Source: an uncultured delta proteobacterium (GTDB lineage: Bacteria; Desulfobacterota; Binatia; UBA9968). Taken from it: DNA of 64,000 nt. Positions 9,809 to 20,528 of this stretch are shown here, piece after piece. Both the position numbers and the translations under genes were made by a program. Where the stretch lies: NCBI GenBank assembly GCA_963727625.1, contig CAVSHR010000002.1:192001-256000 (forward strand), in the 5' to 3' direction. The notes beneath the pieces were generated by a model. It had not been told where the DNA came from, searched no databases, and was given only the letters and a program-made list of their open reading frames with translations. How positions within the stretch are numbered: position 1 is the first letter of the stretch; each line of letters opens with the position of its first letter.

Positions 9809-10633
9809 TCAGGAGGGCCGATCTTTTCTCATGCGCTCCCCGCGCAAGTAGGCGACCCAATACACGCCGGTGACCAGCAGGGTGCCGCCCACGATGTTGC
9901 CCGCGCTCACCGCTACGATGTTCCTAACGATCCCGATGATAGACACCGCGCCTTGCCCGTCCAGCACGAACCCATAAGGCAGAAAAAACCAGTTGGCGAT
10001 CGAGTGCTCGAAGCCGATGGCCACGAAGGCGGTAATGGGGAAGAGGATTGCCAGAATCTTGTCGCTTACGCTGCGCGCGCCGATCGCGAGCCAAACTGCC
10101 AGGCAGACGAGTGCGTTGCAGAGGATTCCGCGCGTGAAGGCCTCGGCGAGGGAAAGATCGGCCTTGACAAGAGCGATGTGGACCGCCGTCTTACCTACGG
10201 CACCGCCACCCAGACTGGCGACGTCGCTCCACACGACAAGCAGCACCGTTCCCAGGCAACCGAGCACATTGCCAACGTAGGCGAGGAGCCAGTTCCGCAT
10301 GACCTCGCGCGTGCTGATCAGGCCGCTGGCCCAAGCCATTGCGATGAGGTTGTTTCCGGTGAATAGCTCGGCGCCGGCTACGACTACAAGAATCAGTCCG
10401 AGGCAGAAACTCAGACCACCAAGCAATCGCGTCACACCAAAGCCGAGACCGGTCTCTGTAACCACCACCGTGAAAAAGAGGGCGCCGAGCGAAATGAAGG
10501 CACCGGCCAGTACTGCCAGAACGAGCAGCGTGAGGGCATCAGCCTGCGCCTTCGCAACGCCGAGGCGCGCGACCCTTTGAGCAATCTCCCGCGGCGGGTA
10601 CGCGTCACTTAGGTACGGCTCTTTATCTATCAA
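9809..10633 (-). CDS. Formate/nitrite transporter (FNT) family
   Basis: LAGAFI, GAELFTGN, GILCNALVCLAVW, GFEHSIAN and GNIVGG motifs. Confidence 0.93.
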   Translation of the reverse strand: MIDKEPYLSDAYPPREIAQRVARLGVAKAQADALTLLVLAVLAGAFISLGALFFTVVVTETGLGFGVTRLLGGLSFCLGLILVVVAGAELFTGNNLIAMAWASGLISTREVMRNWLLAYVGNVLGCLGTVLLVVWSDVASLGGGAVGKTAVHIALVKADLSLAEAFTRGILCNALVCLAVWLAIGARSVSDKILAILFPITAFVAIGFEHSIANWFFLPYGFVLDGQGAVSIIGIVRNIVAVSAGNIVGGTLLVTGVYWVAYLRGERMRKDRPS

Positions 10634-10870
10634 GATTGGGCCATCTAACTAAATTGTTTTGATCCGTATAGTCCGATTCAACTTCAATATATTACCGGTT
10701 ATGGCGATATCACCTTGAACGCTTTCACAATCGTAACGAGGGCTTGTAAAGCATTCTTCTTTGGTACGATTCCACAAACGCTGAGAGCTGTTTCTGTATA
10801 TTCTGGCTTGGCAATGAGGATGATAAGTTACGGTGGTCGGTGACCGCGAGAACCTTCATTCTCGTCAATC

Positions 10871-11833
10871 TCACGCAAATGTCGGATTGATAAAGAGTTC
10901 TTGCATCGTCATCTTCCTGCCGATCAGCCCTTGCTCGTGAGAGTACTGCATCAGGGTCTCGACGTTCTTTCGGTTGGCGTCGCCGAGCCCGTAAATCCAT
11001 GGATCGCCGGCGAAGATTTCCTCCTGCTCTTCGAGAAATGAGCGGAACCACGCCAAAGGAACGATTCTCGGGTTTTCCATGCGTTTGTAGGAAATCTTTT
11101 TCGACTCCTCGAAGGCTCGCATCAAACTGGCCGGCACCCAGGGGTGCTTGTCGACGATCTCTTGCTTGATCGCCGTGGTGTGCATGATCGGGAAAATGCC
11201 GGTGCGTTTGAAGTAGGCGATTTCCAGGTCGCGGTAATTGGGAAATAAGCGGCGCACGCGCGGGTCCTTGTTTGTGACGGGCTGGATGACCTCCGGATCG
11301 ATGACGGCGTCAAGTTCCCCGGCGAGCAGCATGTCGACGATGTTCTTGCCCGTGGGAGTTTTTTGAATGCTCAGGCCCGGTGGGGCTTGCCAAGGGATTT
11401 TTTCCTCGAATTCATTGAACCAGTGGATCCGGTTGTGGGGCAGGTCGAACTCATGCTCCAGAATACCGCGAAGCCATAGATTAGAGGTGGCGTGATAACT
11501 GCCGACGCCGACTTTTTTGCCGATGAGGTCAGTGGGTTTGTCGATTCCCTTGGTGGCGTTCACGAAGGCAAAGCCGTGGCGAAAGCGGCGATGGAGAAAC
11601 ACCGGGATGGCAATGAACGGCAGGCCGTTGTCTTTGGCGACCATGTAATTAGACATCGATAGCTCGGCGACGTCGAATTGACGGCTGCGGAGCATGCGCG
11701 CATGGCGCACCTCGGCGGTCATGTCCGTCAAGATCGTCAGCTCGATGCCGTCGGGTTTGACGGTCCCTTCTTTCAACGCGCGAATGCTTTCATAGTCACC
11801 GGCGGCGAGGGTCAATTGTAAATCGGTCTTCAT
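10871..11833 (-). CDS. 4,5-dihydroxyphthalate decarboxylase-like / ABC binding-protein-fold protein
   Basis: FDVAELSMSNY, IPVFLHRRFRH, YFKRTGIFPIMH and DPWIYGL...YSHEQGL. Confidence 0.8.
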   Translation of the reverse strand: MKTDLQLTLAAGDYESIRALKEGTVKPDGIELTILTDMTAEVRHARMLRSRQFDVAELSMSNYMVAKDNGLPFIAIPVFLHRRFRHGFAFVNATKGIDKPTDLIGKKVGVGSYHATSNLWLRGILEHEFDLPHNRIHWFNEFEEKIPWQAPPGLSIQKTPTGKNIVDMLLAGELDAVIDPEVIQPVTNKDPRVRRLFPNYRDLEIAYFKRTGIFPIMHTTAIKQEIVDKHPWVPASLMRAFEESKKISYKRMENPRIVPLAWFRSFLEEQEEIFAGDPWIYGLGDANRKNVETLMQYSHEQGLIGRKMTMQELFINPTFA

Positions 11834-11922
11834 GCGGCGGTGTCTAACATGCTTTTTTGTCCATACCAATGGTCCGATTGGGGATCGATTGCGCGTTATC
11901 TTTGCCGCCCGCTCGCGATGCG

Positions 11923-13170
11923 TTAAACCTCCTCCATGACCCGCAGCAGATTACCGCCCCACAGTTTTTCGATCTGTTCTTCCGTATAACCGCGCCGGAC
12001 GAGCTCAAGCGTGACGTTGAAGGTTTCGCCGGCGTCGTTCCAGCCTTCGATTCCGCCGCCGCCGTCGAAGTCGGAAGCGATGCCGACGTGGTCGATTCCG
12101 ATCAGCCTTACGGCATGATCGATATGGTCGACAAAATCTCCGAGGTTCGCGGGCGGATCGCCCGGATGCTGCTCGTCGATTTCGGCGCGCCTGGTGTCGT
12201 ACTTCCGGCGTTTGTCTATCGGCAGGGCTTTCAGCGCGGCTTGGAATCGGCCTCGAAGGCCTAGGCGGTTGCCATCGGGGAGATCAAATTCATTGCGTGC
12301 CGCCGCGAGCGCTCCTGCCCGTTCGGGAGAATCCGGTTTCGCGATCTTGAGGAAACCGTCGTAGGCGACGATTTGTATCACGCCGCCGGTACGTTTCAAC
12401 GCTAAAAGTTGCTCGTCGTCAAGATTGCGGCTCACGTCGCAGAGGGCGCGCGCCGCCGAGTGCGACGCGATGATCGGCGCCTTGGAGAGCTCCGCTGTTT
12501 GCATCATTGACTCTTTGGACGCGTGCGAGACATCCACCATGATGCCGAGCCGGTTCATTTCGGCGATCACCTGTTCGCCGAGGGGGGAAAGGCCATTCCA
12601 CTTCCAGCCGTCGCGCTCGCCGGTATGGGAATCGCCGAGCTGGTTGTGGCCGTTGTGCGTCAGCGAAAGATAACGCGCGCCGCGGTCGTAGAACTCTTTG
12701 ACTTTGGCGATATCTTCGCCGAGCGAGTAGCCGTTCTCAACGCCCATGAGTGCGGCTTTCTTGTCTTGCGCATGAATCCGGCGCACGTCGTCGGGGTTTA
12801 GCGCCAACTCGATCCGGTCTGGGGCGATCTCATGAGTGAAGCGATGTATCGCCTCGAATTTTTCGATGGCCAATTTGTAGGCGCGTTCAAAGCCCGTGGG
12901 TTTAAGCGCGTCCGGATTCTGTTTTTCTCGGGTCTGGCCGACGTAAACGACAAAGAACAGCGCGTCCAGCCCGCCGTCGATCATGTTGGGCAGATTGAAT
13001 TGGGTCTCAATACGTTCCGTGTAATTGCGCTCTCCGATTAAGTCGGCTGGCGCGAAATCAATGTGCGAGTCAAGAACGATAATGCGGCCATGAATGTCAC
13101 GGGCCCGCTCGGTCAGTCTGTCTGGCTCCGATGTCGCGCTGTTTCGCTCAGGTGAGTTGTTTTCATTCAT
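11923..13170 (-). CDS. Membrane dipeptidase (peptidase M19)
   Basis: DSHID, GVENG, YLSLTHNGHN, MVDVSH, ASHS and HVGIASDFDGG. Confidence 0.92.
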   Translation of the reverse strand: MNENNSPERNSATSEPDRLTERARDIHGRIIVLDSHIDFAPADLIGERNYTERIETQFNLPNMIDGGLDALFFVVYVGQTREKQNPDALKPTGFERAYKLAIEKFEAIHRFTHEIAPDRIELALNPDDVRRIHAQDKKAALMGVENGYSLGEDIAKVKEFYDRGARYLSLTHNGHNQLGDSHTGERDGWKWNGLSPLGEQVIAEMNRLGIMVDVSHASKESMMQTAELSKAPIIASHSAARALCDVSRNLDDEQLLALKRTGGVIQIVAYDGFLKIAKPDSPERAGALAAARNEFDLPDGNRLGLRGRFQAALKALPIDKRRKYDTRRAEIDEQHPGDPPANLGDFVDHIDHAVRLIGIDHVGIASDFDGGGGIEGWNDAGETFNVTLELVRRGYTEEQIEKLWGGNLLRVMEEV

Positions 13171-13280
13171 GGGCCACGTCCGCCGGATCTTATCATAGTA
13201 ACGATTTACTTTCTCGGTAGCGCATTTTCCGGTACTGTGTATAAACTTCATATTGGCAACTTCGGAGCGCGCATCTAAAT

Positions 13281-14510
13281 ATGGATCGTAAATGGTGGCT
13301 GGTCATCGCCGGGTGTGTGACTCACGCCGTCAACACCGGTTTCAGCTACTTCGGCATGAGCGCGTTTTTCCCGTCCTTCGAACGGGAATTTGGCTGGAGC
13401 CGAGCGGCGATCTCAGGCGCCTTCTCACTGGCGCGCGCCAAGTCAGGCATCTTGGGACCGCTCGAAGGTTATCTCACCGACCGTGTCGGCGCGCACCGGA
13501 TGCTGTTTATCGGCCTGATCATCTGCTCGTTGGGATTTTTCTCGCTCAGTTTGGTCGACTCGTTGCCGATGCTCTATGCCGTGATCATTTTCGGCATCGT
13601 GATGGGCTCCAGCCTTGGCTACAATATGCCGATCAGCGTGCTGATCGCGAAAGTCTTTCACGAGCGGCGCAGCCTCGCCTTCGGAATTTTTCGCATGGGA
13701 CCGGGCATCTCCGGGCCGCTCGTGCCGCTGGTCGGTTGGATAATTGCCGGGTGGGGGTGGCGCCGCGCCGCGGTGGTTTCTGCGGTGACAATTTTTGCAG
13801 TCGGGCTGCCCATCGCAATTTTTATTAATGCCATCTATCGGCGAGAGGAGCTGGACCGGGTCCGGGCCGACGTTGCCCATGCGACGGCAGCGTCGGCCCG
13901 CCGGCATTCGGAAGACCTGCAGTTCACCCTCGGCGAAGCGCTGCGCCATCGCGTGTTCTGGTACTTTTCCTCGGCGATGGCGTTGCGCCATATGGTCACC
14001 GAAGGAGTGTCAGTTCACTTTGTGATTTTGCTTGTCGACCGCGGCTGGAGCACCGAGGCGGCCAGCAGCCTGCTCGGGCTCTCGGCGTTGATCGGCGCGC
14101 CGGCCCGCATCGGCATGGGGTGGCTGGGCGACCTGTTGGACAAGAGGAGAATAATGATCGGGTTGCTCGTTGCGCTCAGTTTTTCAGTTTTTTTGATGGG
14201 CCAGACCGCCGAGGCCCTGATCTTTACGCCCTGCATGATCATTTACTCCCTCGCGTATGGAGGTCTGGCGTCTTTGCAGGAGCCGATTCGCGCCGATTAC
14301 TTCGGCACCAAGGCGTTTGCGACGATTCAAGGCATGAGCCGGTCGGTGCAGACGGTCGGCACCTTCATCGGGCCGCTCCTCGCCGGTATCCTCTACGATT
14401 TGACGAAGAGTTACGCCATCGCCTTCGGCATTTTTTCCGTCATGAGTCTGGGTGCCGCCGCGATCATGTTTCTGGCAAAGCGACCGAAGGCCCGTACCAC
14501 TTTTCGGTGA
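13281..14510 (+). CDS. MFS transporter (OFA/MCT-like)
   Basis: About 12 hydrophobic segments, with GYLTDRVG and GWLGDLLDKR loop motifs. Confidence 0.9.
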   Translation: MDRKWWLVIAGCVTHAVNTGFSYFGMSAFFPSFEREFGWSRAAISGAFSLARAKSGILGPLEGYLTDRVGAHRMLFIGLIICSLGFFSLSLVDSLPMLYAVIIFGIVMGSSLGYNMPISVLIAKVFHERRSLAFGIFRMGPGISGPLVPLVGWIIAGWGWRRAAVVSAVTIFAVGLPIAIFINAIYRREELDRVRADVAHATAASARRHSEDLQFTLGEALRHRVFWYFSSAMALRHMVTEGVSVHFVILLVDRGWSTEAASSLLGLSALIGAPARIGMGWLGDLLDKRRIMIGLLVALSFSVFLMGQTAEALIFTPCMIIYSLAYGGLASLQEPIRADYFGTKAFATIQGMSRSVQTVGTFIGPLLAGILYDLTKSYAIAFGIFSVMSLGAAAIMFLAKRPKARTTFR

Positions 14511-15012
14511 TCCGTTTGCGAAGAGCGCTTCGAGCGCTTGGGCGTTGCTTGTTTCTGTGTTCACGAGGATGGTAAAAATTTGCCCACCTTGACTGTCAAT
14601 AGGCGCTGGGCTTGCCAATCAGCGCTGTGCTTACGGGGTCCAGCAGCGAAGGAACGCCTGGCGGTTCTTCTCAAAGCTCCTTGCCTGCGCGTCACAGTGA
14701 AACGCGATCGCGTTTGAATTTGATCGCATCCTTTGCAGTGTCAATGCAAAGCTCTTGACCGAACTTATAGAAGGTGGACGATAACCCTGTACGCGATGCT
14801 AATCAGAACCATCCCGCTCCATCGAGCTCTACAAACACGTCGGCGCATGGTTGGCGAGGCTCGATGGGTGGGCGAAGGAGATATGCAGTAGGGGACTTGA
14901 ATTTTCCACCCGAGTCGCGGCATTATCGCCGCTTCGGCGCCCGTGGGTTGTCTAACACCAAGGGATTGGCTTTAGGCTGTGAAGCAACAGGATCAAAAAG
15001 GAGGATAAAGCA

Positions 15013-16056
15013 ATGATTCGTGAATTGAAAAAACGGCTGGTCTTCGCAAGTCTTGCCGGATTGCTCATGGCGCCGGTGCAACTGGCCGGCGCCGCCGCGG
15101 CCAAACTAAATTGCGGGCCGGTTACGAATAAGAGCGACGTGCTGCCGCGCAGTATCGCCATCGGCACGAACCCGGCCGGTACCGGCGCGCACGCGTTGGG
15201 GTCGGGTTTGGCGGCGGTGGCGAGCAAGGCGACTTCGGTGACCGGCAAGGTGCAGCCCTACAACGGTCCAAACGCCTGGATGACTCTGATGGAGAACGGC
15301 GAATTGGAATTCGGCATTATCAATATTTTGGACTCGAAGATGGCGGCGACGGGCACCGGCAATTACAAGAAGGCGTATCCGAGCCTACGCATCGCGATGG
15401 GGGGCGTTTTCCCGTTTGCCGTCGGGCTGGTGGTTAGGGATAAGTCGAACATCAAGCAAGTATCCGATCTCAAGGGCAAGCGCATGGCGTGGGATTTCGG
15501 CGGCCATGCCATCAATCAGACCTGGCAAAGTGCCATGATGGAAATGGGCGGCGTGAAGGGCAGTGACGTCACCCAGGTGCGATTCTCCAATTTGAACCAG
15601 GCCGTCCGGGCGGTGGCCGAAGGCAAGGTTGATTCGTCCATCGTTGCGCTCGGCATCGGTCTGGTCGAAGAAGTAAACGCCATGGAGCCGATTCGCTTCA
15701 TCAATTTGCCGAACACCGAAGCGGCCAACAAAATTCTCAGCCCGTACGGGGCCATGATCGTAAAAGCTCCGAAGGTGACCGGCGTCAAAGGTGAGACCTA
15801 TGTCATTGGCTACCCATTGCAGCTCGCCACCTCGAGCAAAGTCAGCGAGAAAACCGTTTACACAATGGTGAAGGCATGGTGGGAGAACCTGCCGGAACTG
15901 GAGACGCTTCATCCGCTTTTTAAACGGTGGAAGAAAGAGCACCAGGCGCTGACCAATTTCACCGTGCCCTACCATCCCGGTGCCATCAAGTTTTATAAAG
16001 AAGTCGGCGTGTGGACCGCCAAACACGACGCCCGCATGAAAGAAATCTGCCGGTAG
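15013..16056 (+). CDS. TAXI-family TRAP transporter solute-binding protein
   Basis: Signal peptide, IGTNPAGT, DLKGKR and VPYHPGAIKFYKEVG. Confidence 0.9.
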   Translation: MIRELKKRLVFASLAGLLMAPVQLAGAAAAKLNCGPVTNKSDVLPRSIAIGTNPAGTGAHALGSGLAAVASKATSVTGKVQPYNGPNAWMTLMENGELEFGIINILDSKMAATGTGNYKKAYPSLRIAMGGVFPFAVGLVVRDKSNIKQVSDLKGKRMAWDFGGHAINQTWQSAMMEMGGVKGSDVTQVRFSNLNQAVRAVAEGKVDSSIVALGIGLVEEVNAMEPIRFINLPNTEAANKILSPYGAMIVKAPKVTGVKGETYVIGYPLQLATSSKVSEKTVYTMVKAWWENLPELETLHPLFKRWKKEHQALTNFTVPYHPGAIKFYKEVGVWTAKHDARMKEICR

Positions 16057-16077
16057 CGCGTGAACCGAAAATCGCGC

Positions 16078-16103
16078 GGAGCCGGGGCGATAGTCCCGGC
16101 TCC
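16078..16103 (+). other. Intergenic stem-loop between TRAP genes
   Basis: GGAGCCGGG-gcgatagt-CCCGGCTCC, a perfect 9-bp stem with no U-tract. Confidence 0.6.
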
Positions 16104-16125
16104 CCAGTCCTGAGAGGTTGGGGCC

Positions 16126-18087
16126 TTGGAAATCGATGAAAGCGTACGGTCGCGAGAGCTAACCGGGCTCCTGTTGTGGGCGGCCAACGGCGCTCTCGTA
16201 GCGCTGCCGCTCTTGGGCATCTTCTTTCTCCTCGACCTACCCCAAAGAATCAATTGGCTCGTGTTTAACGAGCAATACATGGGGCTGTTTCTTGCTCTTT
16301 CGCTGTTTGCCACTTTTGTATTGGTGCCGGCTCGCGGCTGGAAAGACCGCGACTTCGTCCCATGGTATGACCAGATTGCGGCTCTAGCGGGGCTCGGTGT
16401 CGGCCTTTATATCTTTTTTCAGTACCCCAAAATTGCCGACACGCTCGGCGAGATCACCACCCAGAGCACGGTTCTCGGCAGCTTGACCGTGCTGTTGCTC
16501 GCGGAGGGTTCCCGCAGACTGATCGGCTGGCCCCTCGTCATTATTGCGATTGCCTTCGTCCTGTACGCTCTGTTCGCCTACATCTTTCCCGGCGATTTCT
16601 ACGGTCGCGGCTGGTCGGTCCCGCGACTCGCTACCTACCTTTATCTCGATGCCAATGGGATCTTCGGCTTACCCCTGCAGGTCGGTTCCGGCATCGTCCT
16701 GGTTTTTATTTTTTTCGGCGAGGCATTGCACGCCGTCGGCGGCGCCGCATTTCTCAGCGATTTCGCGCTTGTCGCCATGGGGCGGTTTCGCGGCGGGCAG
16801 GCCAAGATCGCGATTCTTGCCTCGAGCCTGTTCGGCAACATCAGCGGCAGCGCTGTCGCCAACGTCATGATGGACGGCCCGTTCACGATTCCGATGATGA
16901 AAAAAGCCGGTTATCCGCCGCCGGTCGCCTCGGCCATCGAAGCGGTCGCGTCGACCGGCGGTCAGATCATGCCGCCGGTGATGGGCGCTGCGGCATTTCT
17001 CATTGCGGAGTATCTGGGGATCCCTTACGCGGAGGTGGCGCTCGCCGCCTTGGTGCCGGCGCTGCTCTACTACGTGGCGCTTTTTATCCAGGTGGACCTT
17101 CTGGCGGGGCGCAATGGCATCCATGGTTTGCCCAGGGTGGAGCTGCCGCGGCTTTTGCCGATCATGAAGCGCTCGGCGGGATTCTTGGTACCGCTGGCGG
17201 TTCTGATTGTCTTCATGTTCTTCCTGAACCATCGCCCAGAAGAATCGGGTTTGCTTGCAGCCTTGTCCGCCCTGATCGTCGGATTGTTTACGCCGGGAGT
17301 GAAGGTGGGACCGCGTCAAATTTTGACCATGCTGCTTTCCACGGGGCGCAGCTTGCTCGAAATCGCCGCCATTACTGGGCTGGCGGGCGTCGTCATCGGC
17401 GTGTTGCAACTCTCCGGACTTGGATTCACGCTAACCTATACCTTGCTCAGTTTGGGTCAAAGCAATGCGGTTTTGCTGCTGATCTTGACGGCCTTCGTGA
17501 GCATCGTTCTCGGCATGGGCATGCCGACCACTGCTGTTTACGTTCTATTAGCGGTGCTGGTGGCGCCGGGCTTGGCGAAGTTGGGTATCCTACCCATCGC
17601 GGCTCACATGTTCATCTTCTACTTCGGCATGCTGAGCATGATCACTCCGCCGGTCTGTATCGCCAGTTACGCCGCGGCAACCATCGGTAAAACCGATCCC
17701 ATTCGCACCGGTTGGGAGGCCATGCGGCTATGTGCCATTGCTTACATCATTCCGTTTCTTTTTGTATTCTCGCCAGCCTTGTTGCTCTACGGACGCTGGT
17801 ACGTCGTGGTGCTTTCGGTGGCCACCGCCGTTATCGGGTCGATCTTGCTCGGGATTGGTTTGACGGGGTATCTATTCCGGCGCATCGGCGCCTTCAGGCG
17901 GGCACTTTTTATGATCGCGGCGATCGCTTTGCTGATCCCGGTAATGGGCAAAGGGCATTATGTCGAGCTTACCTGGGGCCTCAACAGCCTTGGATTGATT
18001 CTGGCGATCGGCCTGGTGACAGTCGAGTGGCTGGCGCGCTCGGCACGGGCCAGGGAGCCGGCTGCGGTGGTTTCGGTCCGACGTTAA
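16126..18087 (+). CDS. TRAP transporter fused permease (DctQM, 4TM/12TM)
   Basis: SGSAVANV, EAVASTGGQIMPPVMGAAAF, LGMGMPTTAVY and HMFIFYFG..SMITPPVC. Confidence 0.95.
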   Translation: MEIDESVRSRELTGLLLWAANGALVALPLLGIFFLLDLPQRINWLVFNEQYMGLFLALSLFATFVLVPARGWKDRDFVPWYDQIAALAGLGVGLYIFFQYPKIADTLGEITTQSTVLGSLTVLLLAEGSRRLIGWPLVIIAIAFVLYALFAYIFPGDFYGRGWSVPRLATYLYLDANGIFGLPLQVGSGIVLVFIFFGEALHAVGGAAFLSDFALVAMGRFRGGQAKIAILASSLFGNISGSAVANVMMDGPFTIPMMKKAGYPPPVASAIEAVASTGGQIMPPVMGAAAFLIAEYLGIPYAEVALAALVPALLYYVALFIQVDLLAGRNGIHGLPRVELPRLLPIMKRSAGFLVPLAVLIVFMFFLNHRPEESGLLAALSALIVGLFTPGVKVGPRQILTMLLSTGRSLLEIAAITGLAGVVIGVLQLSGLGFTLTYTLLSLGQSNAVLLLILTAFVSIVLGMGMPTTAVYVLLAVLVAPGLAKLGILPIAAHMFIFYFGMLSMITPPVCIASYAAATIGKTDPIRTGWEAMRLCAIAYIIPFLFVFSPALLLYGRWYVVVLSVATAVIGSILLGIGLTGYLFRRIGAFRRALFMIAAIALLIPVMGKGHYVELTWGLNSLGLILAIGLVTVEWLARSARAREPAAVVSVRR

Positions 18088-18482
18088 GCCAACCTGAACA
18101 GCGTCCGATATCGGGCTTGTAGATCTTTTCTCGCTCTTGCTAAAAGCGAGCAAAAGTTTCGCTGGAGCGCACAAAATTTGGCGACCTGGCAGCGCTGCTA
18201 ATAGTAAAATCACTCGAATTCAACAATTTAACCGCGGCAGGAGGTCAACTGGAGGCTGGCGCGCCTTTTGCTTCCCTTGGTTGAAATCGACAGTCAATTG
18301 GAGCTCGATTCACGGCGGAGTTAGGAGGAAGCATGAATTCGGATCTTGTCGCCTACAGTTTGCTCGCCAGCATTTTTATAGTGACCACGCTGCGAATGTT
18401 TATCGAGAAGCCCAGCCGCTTGGTTCAGCGGCCGGTGCGCGTAGTTGAGTGGCTACGGAGGGGTGGAAAGGGAAAGTCTCCG

Positions 18483-19355
18483 TCAGTCGATTCGTAGCCT
18501 GCCATCGACGCAGGTTACCGCGTACCCGCCAAAGTTTATCGTGTCGTTATCGATACTGACCGCGACCTCGCCGTCGCGGCCGACTTCCATCCCTTGTCGC
18601 GCTCGATAGTTTGCGCCAATCTCCCGAATTAGGCCCGTGTGCTTGAGAAAGGCGGCGACACTCGCGTTGCCGCTGCCGCAGACCGGATCTTCGGCGACGC
18701 CGAGCAGCGGCGCGAACGAGCGCAAATGCAGCTGTGTGCGTCCGTCGCGGGCTCGGCCAAATACCGTAACGCCGGCACTGTGGGTCTCTTCGCTCAGCTT
18801 GCGCACTTCGTCCAAGTTCGGTTGAGCGCCTGCAACCCTCTCAGCCGCGCCGAGATCGCCGACCAGCCAGACCACTCCGACATCGACGCGGAGAAAGTGA
18901 ATTTTTTCATCGCTCGCCATGCCCAGCGCCGCGCTCAGCCGTGGAGCTTGCGCCTCCACGGCGCTGATTTGCGGTTGCGGCGCGCGCACGAAGATTTGTT
19001 CGCCGTCGGCGGTCTTGGCGACTTTCAGTTCGATGTTGCCGGCGAGACATTCCTGGCGCAGTCGGCCAGAGCGCGGCGCGGCAAAGCCGCTTTCGATCAC
19101 CGCGTGAGCGCTGCCGATGGTCGGGTGGCCGGCAAAAGGCAATTCTTGTTTTGGCGTGAAGATTCTCAGGCGGTAATCGGCATCGACGGATGACGGCGGC
19201 AGCACGAAAGTCGTCTCGGATAAATTCGTCCAGGCGGCGATGCGCTGCATTTGTTCGCCGGTGAGTCTTTGCGCATCGAGGACGACCGCCACCGGGTTGC
19301 CCGAGAACGGCCGTTGGGAAAAAACGTCGACCTGCTTAAAAGGAAGCGTGTTCAC
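18483..19355 (-). CDS. PhzF-family isomerase
   Basis: QVDVFS..PFSGNP, NLSETTF, ELPFAGHPTIG and EDPVCGSGN. Confidence 0.93.
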   Translation of the reverse strand: MNTLPFKQVDVFSQRPFSGNPVAVVLDAQRLTGEQMQRIAAWTNLSETTFVLPPSSVDADYRLRIFTPKQELPFAGHPTIGSAHAVIESGFAAPRSGRLRQECLAGNIELKVAKTADGEQIFVRAPQPQISAVEAQAPRLSAALGMASDEKIHFLRVDVGVVWLVGDLGAAERVAGAQPNLDEVRKLSEETHSAGVTVFGRARDGRTQLHLRSFAPLLGVAEDPVCGSGNASVAAFLKHTGLIREIGANYRARQGMEVGRDGEVAVSIDNDTINFGGYAVTCVDGRLRID

Positions 19356-19367
19356 TGCGCACTGTTT

Positions 19368-20369
19368 TTAAATCTTTTTTTCCAGCCGTTTGAAGAAGCC
19401 TTCTTTCTCCAGTTCCTTGAGAAAGCGCATGTCGATGAAATCTTCAGGCTTTTTGGACTTGGCCGCCGGTACGCGCAGCGCCACTTCGTCGATGGCGTTG
19501 CGCATGCCGTCGAGATTCGGCTTGGCGCTGTAGTCGGTCACCTGGATAAAGCTTTGAAAAGTCGCTTCGAGGATCTCCGGGTCGCTGGTCTTCAGATATT
19601 TCGTGATGATTCTTTTGGTTTCGTCTTTGTGCGTGGCCACGTAGTGAAGGCCGTCGATAAAACCCTTGAGAAAATTCTTCACCACCAGCGGGTTTTCCCG
19701 GATGATGCGCTCGCTGGTTTCGATGACGAGCTGTGGATAGGGGATGCCCAGCTCGGCGAGGTTGACTAAAATGGAAAGCCCCTGCTTTTTCGCGGTCAGA
19801 TCCAGCGGCGGCGACACCAGTGTAGCATCCAGCGCGCCGACCAATAATGCCTGCAACCGGCTTGGCTGGGTGCCGCCCTGAAGGATCACGATGTCCTTGG
19901 TCGGATCGAGACCGAATCGTTTGCACACCAGACGTATAGCAGTGTCGGTGCCCGAGCCGAAGCGGCTGATGCCGACCTTCTTGCCTTTGAGTTGGTCCCA
20001 CCGGTTAATTCCCTTGGCCGCCACCAGGCTGTACGGTAGCGTGTTAACCGCGGCGGCGACGATGATCGAGTCGGCGCCTTGGGCGCGGGAGGCAATCGTC
20101 GTCGGACCGGAATTTATCACGAACTGAATATCCCCCGACCGAGCAGCCTGAGCCAGGATCGAACCCGACTCGAACAGCACGACACGCGCATCCAGGCCAT
20201 GTTTCTTCCACATCCCGGCATCCTGCGCGACCCAGGCGTAGACCAGGTTAACGGCCGGTCCCGCAACGCCGACGGTGACAGGCATTTGCGCGCATGCCGC
20301 GAGCGGGTAAGAAAGAACTAGCGCCAGCAGGGTTACGACGGAAAAAGATAGTCTCGGATGTAGGTTCAC
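19368..20369 (-). CDS. ABC substrate-binding protein (NMT1/SsuA-like)
   Basis: Signal peptide, KKHGLD and LKGKKVGISRFGSGTD. Confidence 0.88.
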   Translation of the reverse strand: MNLHPRLSFSVVTLLALVLSYPLAACAQMPVTVGVAGPAVNLVYAWVAQDAGMWKKHGLDARVVLFESGSILAQAARSGDIQFVINSGPTTIASRAQGADSIIVAAAVNTLPYSLVAAKGINRWDQLKGKKVGISRFGSGTDTAIRLVCKRFGLDPTKDIVILQGGTQPSRLQALLVGALDATLVSPPLDLTAKKQGLSILVNLAELGIPYPQLVIETSERIIRENPLVVKNFLKGFIDGLHYVATHKDETKRIITKYLKTSDPEILEATFQSFIQVTDYSAKPNLDGMRNAIDEVALRVPAAKSKKPEDFIDMRFLKELEKEGFFKRLEKKI

Positions 20370-20528
20370 GCTGTCTCCATTATCGGTAAATTTAACCGGC
20401 AGTCGAAGCCAACAGCGGCTATTTATACGTTGAAAAATACAAGTTCGTTCAAACGTAGAATAGCCACTATTCTATCGTAGAAGGACAACGGCATAAAGAC
20501 GCGCTCCGGTTCAGTTCTTTCAGCGCCG

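Noticed and set aside
11896-11925. Premature stop in the dipeptidase (GTT TAA CGC...)
   Set aside because: It would remove only about 9 C-terminal residues, and all catalytic motifs are present.
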